From positions 584,242 to 648,241 of the forward strand of contig CAZALK010000001.1 in the NCBI GenBank assembly GCA_964486045.1: a stretch of DNA of 64,000 bases, in the 5' to 3' direction. Of the stretch, positions 29,577 to 38,733 are shown piece after piece. The stretch is from an uncultured archaeon (GTDB lineage: Archaea > Asgardarchaeota > Lokiarchaeia > Sigyniarchaeales > SOKP01). Below the pieces are notes generated by a model that saw nothing but the letters and a program-made list of their open reading frames with translations, was not told where the DNA came from and did no database searches. A program made the translations under genes and the position numbers. Position 1 is the first letter of the stretch; each line of letters starts with the position of its first letter.

Positions 29577-32500
29577 TCATTGATTATCTTTAGGAACCAG
29601 ATCTGGGTAAATCGGTTCAAATTTTGAAGTAAATACCTTTGGATTTTCCCAACGCTTTTGTTTTTTATTCCACTCGAGATTTTTCAAGGGGTTGTAGGAC
29701 TTCAGAAAGTCTAGTCCTCCATAAATAGATTTAACCAAATTACTACCATCAACTAAGTCGTTTAGAATAATGTAATGTTCAACCTCTAAATACTCGAACA
29801 GCAAATCAAATAATCTTTCAAATTCACTAATTTCACATTTTGGAAACTTAATTTTAATCATAAGCCCCGTCGGGAATTGTATTTGTTGTTTAAACCCATA
29901 AATGAAATACTCTCCCTTGATTTCATAAATAGTTGCCACATTAAAAAAGCTGAAAACTTTTACGACAGTGTCGATTGATTCTTTTTTCATATTAGGCACA
30001 ATTATGTAAACGATGTTGTGAAGGTCTAAATTCTTTAGAGAGAGATAAGGGAATATTAAGTTCTTTTTAAGCAGGCTTGTGATATGATTTATAGTTTTCA
30101 CTTTTTTTGTAGCTAAAAATGACTTTATATCAATTGATTGGGTGTCATAAATTTGGGATAACGATTCAAATTCAGGAGATTCTGGATCTAAGTACGATGA
30201 TATTGATTTTTTTCCTATTTCAAACTCTCTTATCACTGAATTCTTTACAATATATTTTGAATTGAATAGTACATTTTGCATATGCATTTTAAATCTATCT
30301 TTATCATAAATCCAACCTTCTTGGCTAAGATTATTGTTAAAGTGAAGAATTTCATAAACTTTATTTATAAAAAAACCACAGTATTCTCGGATTATCTTTT
30401 TTGACCTTGCTAACCAGTGTAGATACTTCAGGTTAGGTGATCCATAAGGCATAATGTATTTTATGAAAAGTGAGTTTGATGTATCTATTGATACGGGATA
30501 TTTAATCTTTTGAAACGTATTTAAGAAAAGAAGCTTGAAATCAAGTTCATTCATATTTGTCGGGTAAAGATAAATGAAATATTGTTCTAGTCCAAAATTT
30601 TCAAAAGAAGGAATGAATTTTATAGAATTAATATAATTGTCGAAAAAATATTCTTCCTTGGCTTTTTTAAATTCAACATTATTTATCAGATATCCTTTGA
30701 GGTTTAAATGAAACCTTAATAACTTTTTTAAATGTATGTCGTTAAAATCGTTATTTTCTCTCATGACACGAGTGTTAACTCTGTTCACTAAAGTTAATAA
30801 ACTTTTTTCTTGTGACCAAAATTTTTCCTGATATTCATTCTTCTCTTCTCTCCGAGATTCTAATTCATTTCCAAATATACTTCTTACATATAGAAAATAT
30901 TGTCGGTAGAGATCTTTTGTATAAAAAAAAGTCTTGCTATCAAAATCATAAAAATTTTTGCTAGATAATGCTTTAATCGTACCACTCCATAAGAATGATT
31001 TCCCGTAAAGTAAATTTTCTTTAAATAAATTATGGAGAATTGAGAATAGGTGTCTTTTTTCTTTTTTGGTGAGATAAGGAGTTGAAATTTCTACATAGAT
31101 TAAGCTATTATTAGATATTAAATCTTTTGTATAATTCACGAGAATTCTAGGGAAAATTTTTTTGATTTGAGTTATATCTCTTTGAGTTTTTTGAGAATTA
31201 GCTAAAAATAGTTGAAGAAAATCATTTACATATTCTTTTACCATAACTGTATTAATTAATAGCGGTTTGATAACCGGCGGTTCATTATTCAATAATTTAT
31301 CCAATATATTATTGATTTCTTGACTAGTTATTTGATAAAGTTTGATTTTTTCATAGTATTTTTCTAATTTTTCTTCTTTTTTAGAATAAATTTTACCTAC
31401 TAAATTCTTATCTGTTATTATCTTTTTAATATCTTTTAGGTTAAATACTTTCAAATTATAGAAGACGTTCATTAAATCATAGAAATTCTTGAATTTCTCG
31501 ACTTCTTCTCTATATTTTTCTTTAGATTCAAAATAAATTGAAAAAATATCATTTAAAACAGTATCTATAAGATTTGTATTTTTTATTCTGATATTTTCTT
31601 CAACTAGATTCAACTGATTTAGTTTTTTGAAGGTTTTATGAAAATCAGTTAATGTTTTAATTTTTGGATTTTTTGCGAGTACCCTATCCATTAAATTCAA
31701 GATTGCTAAATACTCATCTAATATTTCTTTTATAGAGAAAAATCCAAAATCCACATTTTCTTTAAGAAATTGAAAAAATTGTAATTGTAGATTTTCTGAA
31801 ACATAGAATTTATTTAAAATTTTTTTTAGATTTGTTAAAAGTGTTTGTTGGGTAATAACTTCATCAACCAAATCTGATTTTATGGTAGCCAGAGTCTCAG
31901 TGTTTCTTTCAAATCCAAATCCTGTTACAGAAAACATTCTAATTCTATCAAGTATTAAAAAATCGAGAAGAGAAAGCTCAAAACTAGAAGTAATATTACC
32001 AAAATCCATTTGAAATTCTATTTCATATCTTTTATTGTAAGTTTTATGATTAGGATTTATTATTCGATATTTTTGCGCATATTCCCTAAAATAATTTAAA
32101 TTTAGTAAATGATTTTGAGATAAACGAAGTAAACAATAACTCTTAATTATAAAATTAGAACTTTTCATTTTTCTGATAAACTCAGTAAAATCTTCTAAAT
32201 AAGGTCTAGGGAGGATAACATAACCACTTAGTTCACAATTAAAACTATTATATGAAATTTTCGGAGAAATGAAGAAGGGAGACTCTTCAATTACCTTAAA
32301 TATATCAGTTCTTCTTAATTTAGGATTAAAACTTAAGAATATGGCAATAACACATACATCAAGCGTATTCCAATTTAATTGATAAGAAGGAGAAATATAA
32401 CTATATCTTCTTATCCAGTTAATATTGCTAAATAATTTTCTTAAACTTAATTTAGTATCCATCCCCCCAATTTCTTTAAGGTTTTGAAAAAATTTTCTAT

Positions 32501-33239
32501 AACTTAGGAAATCTTTATACTTCTTTACTTTATAGAAAATATATATTATACATCTAATTGATTCTACGATCTCATCTTTATTCATAGATCTAGATAAATA
32601 ATTAGTATACTCGTTGAAGAACACATCATGTATATCTTCCTCATTAAATGTTTTCATTCTATCACTAATTAAAGAAATGTTTCTTCTTAGATATTTAAAG
32701 AAAAATTGTGTAGGATTATTGGGTATTTGTTGATGATAGAGTTTGAAAAATCTTTCTAAACGGTCAAATGCAAATAGACGATTTACTCCTTTGGTTAAAA
32801 GGTCTGTCTGTTCAAGATTTTCTCTGATAATTGACTTCCATTCATTTAAATGTTTAGATTTATTGAGATCACTTAAAATTATTTGATTGATGATAATTTG
32901 TACAAATTCGTAGCTTTTTAATTCTTTTGGAAGAAATAAATTATAAATTTCTCTCAAAATAATAAACGGGAGAAATTTTATATAACTTTCAAAGAATTCT
33001 ATTACTACAACATTACTATCGATATATCGATTAACTCCAATACTAAAAATATCCTTACCCTTTAAGGAATTTGTATCAAGATTTTTATTAAGAATAAATT
33101 TGATTTTTTCATGAAATGGATTTATATCCAAAAATAATTGTATCTCTTTGAAAAAATCCTGAACAATCACTTCTAAATCTTTAATAAGTTCTTCTGCTGA
33201 TAGATTTTCTAAAAATTTTAAATCAGGAAGTTTTAACAT
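29577..33239 (-). CDS. large (1220 aa) soluble protein, putative peptide-responsive regulator; paralogue B
   Basis: Full-length paralogue of 8589-12248 (FIILREIYN, SPSYQLNW, LSLLDFLILDRIR, LLFLNTFQKIKYP, FPKCEISEF, YNPLKNLEW). Function inferred. Confidence 0.75.
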   Translation of the reverse strand: MLKLPDLKFLENLSAEELIKDLEVIVQDFFKEIQLFLDINPFHEKIKFILNKNLDTNSLKGKDIFSIGVNRYIDSNVVVIEFFESYIKFLPFIILREIYNLFLPKELKSYEFVQIIINQIILSDLNKSKHLNEWKSIIRENLEQTDLLTKGVNRLFAFDRLERFFKLYHQQIPNNPTQFFFKYLRRNISLISDRMKTFNEEDIHDVFFNEYTNYLSRSMNKDEIVESIRCIIYIFYKVKKYKDFLSYRKFFQNLKEIGGMDTKLSLRKLFSNINWIRRYSYISPSYQLNWNTLDVCVIAIFLSFNPKLRRTDIFKVIEESPFFISPKISYNSFNCELSGYVILPRPYLEDFTEFIRKMKSSNFIIKSYCLLRLSQNHLLNLNYFREYAQKYRIINPNHKTYNKRYEIEFQMDFGNITSSFELSLLDFLILDRIRMFSVTGFGFERNTETLATIKSDLVDEVITQQTLLTNLKKILNKFYVSENLQLQFFQFLKENVDFGFFSIKEILDEYLAILNLMDRVLAKNPKIKTLTDFHKTFKKLNQLNLVEENIRIKNTNLIDTVLNDIFSIYFESKEKYREEVEKFKNFYDLMNVFYNLKVFNLKDIKKIITDKNLVGKIYSKKEEKLEKYYEKIKLYQITSQEINNILDKLLNNEPPVIKPLLINTVMVKEYVNDFLQLFLANSQKTQRDITQIKKIFPRILVNYTKDLISNNSLIYVEISTPYLTKKEKRHLFSILHNLFKENLLYGKSFLWSGTIKALSSKNFYDFDSKTFFYTKDLYRQYFLYVRSIFGNELESRREEKNEYQEKFWSQEKSLLTLVNRVNTRVMRENNDFNDIHLKKLLRFHLNLKGYLINNVEFKKAKEEYFFDNYINSIKFIPSFENFGLEQYFIYLYPTNMNELDFKLLFLNTFQKIKYPVSIDTSNSLFIKYIMPYGSPNLKYLHWLARSKKIIREYCGFFINKVYEILHFNNNLSQEGWIYDKDRFKMHMQNVLFNSKYIVKNSVIREFEIGKKSISSYLDPESPEFESLSQIYDTQSIDIKSFLATKKVKTINHITSLLKKNLIFPYLSLKNLDLHNIVYIIVPNMKKESIDTVVKVFSFFNVATIYEIKGEYFIYGFKQQIQFPTGLMIKIKFPKCEISEFERLFDLLFEYLEVEHYIILNDLVDGSNLVKSIYGGLDFLKSYNPLKNLEWNKKQKRWENPKVFTSKFEPIYPDLVPKDNQ

Positions 33240-33391
33240 TTGTATTCTTTGTTACAAGTCGTTTTAATTAAAATTAAAGAATTACATATTTATTTTTTTA
33301 CAATTTAATAATTTTTCTTGCTTTTTATAGTGGTTTAAATAAATTCTCACTAAAAATATGTTGAAAATTTACCTATTTAATGTGTATTTAC

Positions 33392-33505
33392 ATGAAATTA
33401 CAAAATAAAATAAAAGTGTCACTAGCTTTCTTGACTGCGATTTCCATTGGCCTTAAAATGTTAGTTGCTGGCTTAGCTGTTAATGCTGGTGAGGGCGGGC
33501 CTTAA
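33392..33505 (+). CDS. 37-aa peptide, GxP-tail family, copy 1
   Basis: MKLQNKIKVSLAFLTAISIGLKMLVAGLAVNAGEGGP*. Confidence 0.85.
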   Translation: MKLQNKIKVSLAFLTAISIGLKMLVAGLAVNAGEGGP

Positions 33506-33675
33506 TTATTTCTAAAAATAATAAAGCTAGCGAATATTTTTCTCTTTTTTTCTCTAAATATACAAGACATTTTTTTAATATTAATAAAATCCTCATAGGA
33601 CTACCTTATTTTTAAATTTTTCGGAGTTTATATAGGTTTCTTGCAATACAATTACACCTAATCAAGGTGAATTTA

Positions 33676-33789
33676 TTGAAATTACGAACAAAACTAAGTT
33701 TAATGATGGCTTTTTTAACAGCAATTTCACTCTTTCTTAAAATGTCCATTTTTGGGTTAGCAGTTAATGGAAATGGTGGCGGACCCTAG
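33676..33789 (+). CDS. 37-aa peptide, GxP-tail family, copy 2
   Basis: TTG start after AGGTGA RBS; MKLRTKLSLMMAFLTAISLFLKMSIFGLAVNGNGGGP*; TTTATATA box ~50 nt upstream. Confidence 0.85.
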   Translation: MKLRTKLSLMMAFLTAISLFLKMSIFGLAVNGNGGGP

Positions 33790-33966
33790 ATTACTTTGAG
33801 ATTATTAATTTAAAAAAGCTACATTATATTTCTCTTTATTTTTATATCCTTTTCATTAATTTTCTTGGAATTTATATATTTAAGATTGGAAAAAATCTTA
33901 AGAAAATATAGTCTTCTTGTTGTATTTTCATGACAATTCGTAATAAACTTTTCTTGGTGTATTTAG

Positions 33967-34080
33967 ATGAAAATTCGTACCAAAATTTCAATATTATTAG
34001 CTTTATTAACTGCTATTTCAGCGTGGCTTCAAAAGTCAATCATCGGATTTGGATTCTCTGGTGGCGAAGGAACCCCATAA
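33967..34080 (+). CDS. 37-aa peptide, GxP-tail family, copy 3
   Basis: GGTG RBS; MKIRTKISILLALLTAISAWLQKSIIGFGFSGGEGTP*. Confidence 0.85.
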   Translation: MKIRTKISILLALLTAISAWLQKSIIGFGFSGGEGTP

Positions 34081-34409
34081 ATCAATTTTTTTCAAGATTC
34101 TCCTTTATTAAAAATCTATATATAGATAAATTCCTTAGATTTTTAATATTTTAGATTCTGTTAAATTGCTTCAGTAAATATTTTATTAGACATACCTCTG
34201 TTGAATCATATTCTCCACGAATTTAAAGTGGTCTAAGTTTCAATGGGTGGGAAGCGAAATGGAATTTCTGAAAATTCTTTAGACATTTGTGTCAAATCAC
34301 TCCCACGATTTACCTTTAGAACCCCTCTACTCCTATTATATTTTTTGAGGAAAACATTTATAAGGGAAACTCCCTCCTCTTTTTAATTATAAAAAAAAAG
34401 TGACATTAT

Positions 34410-34601
34410 ATGAAAAACAACTTGATCAAATATAAATGTCCAAGATGTAATGGAGAAAGCACTGTCGACTATGGTGAGACGTTTCAATGTGAAAAATGTC
34501 TATTAGAGTTTTACAAGGAAGATATGGAAACTTACGAAAAGAAAGATATACTAGCAATCTCAGAATTGAGTGCCATTATGAAAGTTTTTGCGAAAAACTA
34601 A
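34410..34601 (+). CDS. small zinc-ribbon protein
   Basis: CPRC...CEKC, 63 aa. Confidence 0.65.
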   Translation: MKNNLIKYKCPRCNGESTVDYGETFQCEKCLLEFYKEDMETYEKKDILAISELSAIMKVFAKN

Positions 34602-34709
34602 TTTTCCTAATTTTTTTTTTTTCATTTTATTTATTTAATTAAGGAATCAGTTAAGTTTTATTAAGATTTAAAAAAATAGGTTATTGGTTCTAAAACAGTT
34701 GATTTAATT

Positions 34710-34844
34710 TGCTCCTGCCGGGATTCGAACCCGGTTAATGATACAAAACGATAGGATCTGTATTGTCACCAGGGTGAAAGCCTAGCATGCCAAGCCCTTT
34801 CTTTTACATAGGGTGAAAGATTGGCCGGACTACACTACAGGAGC
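34710..34844 (-). tRNA. tRNA-Glu(TTC) with two non-canonical introns (34791-34820 in D arm ~21/22; 34735-34764 at 48/49)
   Basis: GCTCCTG/CAGGAGC acceptor, CTAGG-CTTTCAC-CCTGG anticodon arm; BHB-like helices GGCC/GGCT and GGTG/CATT. Confidence 0.9.
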
Positions 34845-34986
34845 ATGGTACTTTTATTTTATCAAGCTTTTTTTATAAATCGTTTTTAGAACTCTTAAAC
34901 TATTATTAATAGTAGAGTCTGCAATCATTAAAATTTTTCTTTTCTTTAGAAATAAAATGTTGGAAATGTATTAATAAAAGAAAATA

Positions 34987-35071
34987 TGCGGGAAGGGAGA
35001 TTTGAACTCCCGAACTCCTATGAGAATGGATTCTAAGTCCACCACCTTTGACCAGACTTGGCGATTCCCGC
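34987..35071 (-). tRNA. tRNA-Leu(TAG), intronless
   Basis: GCGGGAA/TTCCCGC acceptor, GTGGA-CTTAGAA-TCCAT, long variable arm. Confidence 0.95.
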
Positions 35072-35242
35072 GATTTAAGAACAAATTAAAAATCTATTAT
35101 TTAGATAAGAGGAAATAAAATTAAAAAATTTATGATGATGAAATTCAAATTATATGCGATTGAAATAAATGATAAAACTTTCTAATATTATATAAGAAAA
35201 GATAATTATTATAGCTTAAAGCAAAAAAAATAGGTTTTTTTA

Positions 35243-36241
35243 ATGAGTGTAAGAGATTCTTTAATAAAACATTTAACGTCTATATTACGTGCATCAGAAG
35301 GTACAGTTTTGGTGCTTTTATGTGATCAAAATGGTCTTTCTATCGCAAAGATTGGTAGAAAAAGCGAAATTGATTTAGATCCCAATCAAATTACAAGTCT
35401 CGCAGCAGCAGCTTTTACAGCGAGTGAAGAAAATTGGGAAGATCTGAATATTAAAGAGCAAGTTATTTCATTTTCATATTTTGAGAAGGTGTGTTTAATA
35501 ACAATTAGAATTAATGAAACACTCTTGACTATTGTTCATGATTACCATAAAGAATGGCCATTAGATGCGGATAATCTAGCATCATCAATGTACTATCTGA
35601 AACAAAAATTAGGAGAGTTTTTTGGAACTGGGGATGAAACTGAGGCAGAAATCGAGCAATTTTGTGATAAAGTTCGAAGTGCAATTTATCTTTTCGGAAT
35701 GGGTTCGGAAGTTCCCCTTATTTCTTATAGTCATGAAGATATTGAACTTACTAATTTACTACCGGCAATAAGCACTATTTTAGATTCTCTGCAAAACCCC
35801 ATTTTTATTAGATACGGGTTAGTAGGTGAATCAGGGCTAACATTGGATGCTAGGGAGATAAGTGGTCAAAATTTACCGATATCCATTGAGGCATTTTCTG
35901 CAAATGCGCATGTTGCTTTTCAAAAAATGAAAGAAGAATCTGAGGGGAGCTCAATAGGGAATTTATTATGTTATGTCGCTATTTCTGGAAGTGATGCCGA
36001 AAATTTTTATGGACTAATCTCATGCCCTTCTGGAAAATTAAAATACTCAAATATTGAAAACACATCAAATACTGAAGATATTTCTTTTATTGGATTATTT
36101 TCCCTTACATATGGAGGTATTCCTATTATCTGTGAATCAAGGAATATTATTTATTCAATTATGCAACTATTAGGTAGTGAACAGACTACTGAAAACTTTA
36201 TAAAATCTGTTAATGTTCTTACTAGTTTTAAATATGAGTGA
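35243..36241 (+). CDS. tandem Roadblock/LC7-like domain protein
   Basis: VLLCDQNGLSIA...ITSLAAAAF and YGLVGESGLTL...AFSANAHVAF repeats. Confidence 0.7.
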   Translation: MSVRDSLIKHLTSILRASEGTVLVLLCDQNGLSIAKIGRKSEIDLDPNQITSLAAAAFTASEENWEDLNIKEQVISFSYFEKVCLITIRINETLLTIVHDYHKEWPLDADNLASSMYYLKQKLGEFFGTGDETEAEIEQFCDKVRSAIYLFGMGSEVPLISYSHEDIELTNLLPAISTILDSLQNPIFIRYGLVGESGLTLDAREISGQNLPISIEAFSANAHVAFQKMKEESEGSSIGNLLCYVAISGSDAENFYGLISCPSGKLKYSNIENTSNTEDISFIGLFSLTYGGIPIICESRNIIYSIMQLLGSEQTTENFIKSVNVLTSFKYE

Positions 36242-36307
36242 TTAATTAAGAAAAAATTTATGCCTTGAAAATTAATATCGAGAAATTATGACTCCTAAAT
36301 CTTAATT

Positions 36308-36769
36308 ATGAATAGATCCTCTCCAAGCTTGTCGATACCGAAATTGTACTGTCTTCATTATAATGAGTGTGATCCAAAAAAATGTACTGCAACCAAATTA
36401 AGTAAGTTAAATCTTCTGAAAAAAATAAATAGAGTCAAGGGAAATTTAAGAAATGCTATTATTTTAAACCCTTTTGCGCGAAAGATTATCAGCATAAATG
36501 ACAGAGAATTTGTTTTAAAAGATGGTCTTATAGTTATTGATTGTTCTTGGAAAAAAATAATTAAATTGACAGACTTAGAATCAAGTAATGATCGTAAATT
36601 ACCCTCCTTAATAGCCGCAAACTCTACCAATTATGGAAAATGGGAAAAGTTAAGTTCTGCAGAGGCCTTAGCAGCAGCACTTTTTATCACAAATTTTATT
36701 GATTATGGGGATTTAATCCTTTCGAAATTCTCCTGGGGAACTCAATTCAGGGAGTTAAATAATATTTAA
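36308..36769 (+). CDS. tsr3: 16S rRNA aminocarboxypropyltransferase Tsr3 (DUF367)
   Basis: CDPKKCT, IDCSW, LIAAN.TNYG...LSSAEALAAAL, FSWG..F..LN. Confidence 0.93.
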   Translation: MNRSSPSLSIPKLYCLHYNECDPKKCTATKLSKLNLLKKINRVKGNLRNAIILNPFARKIISINDREFVLKDGLIVIDCSWKKIIKLTDLESSNDRKLPSLIAANSTNYGKWEKLSSAEALAAALFITNFIDYGDLILSKFSWGTQFRELNNI

Positions 36770-36801
36770 AAAAATTAGAAAAAATAAAAATAGAATATAG
36801 T

Positions 36802-38406
36802 TTAATCCATTCCGCCTTTAGACAATGTGGATGCTGCTATTACATCATCGATTTTAATAATCATAGAGGCAACTTCAGTAGCAGATTGAATAGCTTGGGT
36901 TAAAATTGATAATGGTTCAAGAACCCCGAGCTCAATCATGTTGTCGGGTTTTCCTGTATCAATATTTATTCCATTAGATTTCCCATCTTCAATTTCATGT
37001 TTTGATCTTAATTCAACTATTAAATCAATAGGATTATAACCAGCATTTTCAACCAGAGTTTTGGGAATTATTTCTAGAGCGTTAGCATAGATTTCAATTG
37101 CTAATTGTTCTCTACCTCCAATTGATCTGGCATAAGCTCTTAATCGTTTTGCTAATTCGATTTCGGACGCACCGCCACCAGGCAAGATATATGGAAGTTC
37201 TATTGCGGCTTTAACAACAGATAAAGCATCATGTAGCATTCTTTCCGCTTCATCTACCACGTGTTCAATACCGGCTCTAATTAATACGCTCACTGCTTTT
37301 GGATCTGCACATTCTGATACAAAAATCATATTGTCATCTCCTATCTTTTTTTCCTCGACTTTTCCCGCACTTCCTATATCATTTGGAGTTACTTCAAATA
37401 TGTTATTAATAATTTTAGCGTGAGTTGCTCTTGCTAACTTTTCCATATCAGATCTTTTTACTCTTCTAACAGTTATTATATTTTCCTTTGCAAGGAAGTT
37501 TTGTGCCTTATCATCAACACCTTTCTGGCAAAAAACTACATTAGCGCCAATTTCTTTGAGTTTTACTACCCGCTTTTTTAACATATTAGATTCTTCTTCA
37601 AGGAATTTACTGATTTGGTCAGGAGTTTGCACTCTTATTTCAGCATCAAACTCAGTTTTTTCTACCTCTAGAGAAGAATTAATTAAGGCTACTTTTGCGT
37701 CTTTTATCGATTTTGGCATCATAGGATGGACGATTTCCTTATCAACTATAATTCCATCAATAATACTGGTATCCAAAAGGCTTTTTCCTTCTTTTTTAAT
37801 AACTTGGATCTGATCAAGATCAATTATAATATTTTCTCCGCGTTTTTCTTTGATTTGGCTTACTGCTTTGACTGCGATATCTGCAATATGGCTTTTTACA
37901 CCGGATATTAATTTACTATTCATAGAAGTTTCTGCAACTTTCAATAATGTCTCTTTATCGTTAGAATCTATCTTTATTGCTAGATCTTTTAAAATTTCTT
38001 TACTTTTTAACAAGGCTTTTCTATACCCTCGAAAAATTATAGTTGGGTGCACCGATTGTTCCATTAACTCTTGCGCTAGATTCAATAATTCTCCCGAAAT
38101 AATAACGCTAGTTGTTGTCCCATCCCCAACTTTCTCATCTTGTGTTTTAGCAACTTCAACTATCATTTTAGCTGCGGGATGCTCAACATCAATGGTGTCT
38201 AATATTGTAGCTCCATCATTTGTAATTGTTACATCTCCTAATGAGTCGACTAACATTTTATCCATACCTTTTGGTCCAAGCGTGGTTCTAACAGATTCAG
38301 CAACTGCTTTTGCAGCAGCAATATTGTTTTTTTGAGCGTCTCTTCCTTGTTTTCTATCTGTCCCTTCTTTTAATATCAGAATTGGGACGCCAGATAATTG
38401 TGCCAT
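36802..38406 (-). CDS. ths: thermosome (group II chaperonin) subunit
   Basis: [34 protein letters not shown]. Confidence 0.97.
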   Translation of the reverse strand: MAQLSGVPILILKEGTDRKQGRDAQKNNIAAAKAVAESVRTTLGPKGMDKMLVDSLGDVTITNDGATILDTIDVEHPAAKMIVEVAKTQDEKVGDGTTTSVIISGELLNLAQELMEQSVHPTIIFRGYRKALLKSKEILKDLAIKIDSNDKETLLKVAETSMNSKLISGVKSHIADIAVKAVSQIKEKRGENIIIDLDQIQVIKKEGKSLLDTSIIDGIIVDKEIVHPMMPKSIKDAKVALINSSLEVEKTEFDAEIRVQTPDQISKFLEEESNMLKKRVVKLKEIGANVVFCQKGVDDKAQNFLAKENIITVRRVKRSDMEKLARATHAKIINNIFEVTPNDIGSAGKVEEKKIGDDNMIFVSECADPKAVSVLIRAGIEHVVDEAERMLHDALSVVKAAIELPYILPGGGASEIELAKRLRAYARSIGGREQLAIEIYANALEIIPKTLVENAGYNPIDLIVELRSKHEIEDGKSNGINIDTGKPDNMIELGVLEPLSILTQAIQSATEVASMIIKIDDVIAASTLSKGGMD

Positions 38407-38733
38407 TTCTTATTCACTTTTTTATGTTAAAGTTTATACTTTTATTTATATAGATCTCTAAGTCATAAAATTAAAAAAGTTTACGAAATATCTGTGGTTT
38501 TGATTTTCAATCTCTCCTTTAATAAATCTGAATTGGAATAAACATATAGGATGTTAAGTACTAAGACTAAATCATAAAAAAATTATTATCCTAACTATTT
38601 GGTTGGAATATTACCTCTATATCTAATTTTAATTTATTTCCTATAGTTAAGTCCTAAGCTATTATTGAAAAGTTAGGAAATTATTGAAGTTTTTAAAACT
38701 ACAAGATAATGAAAAGATAAACCTATTATTATT

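Noticed and set aside
33930-34154. 74-aa ORF in the ORF track
   Set aside because: Alternative frame over the 37-aa peptide 33967-34080, which has paralogues and an RBS
34145-34310. Possible gene remnant on the minus strand (MSKEFSEIPFRFPPIET*)
   Set aside because: Too short and interrupted to assign; not similar to the peptide family
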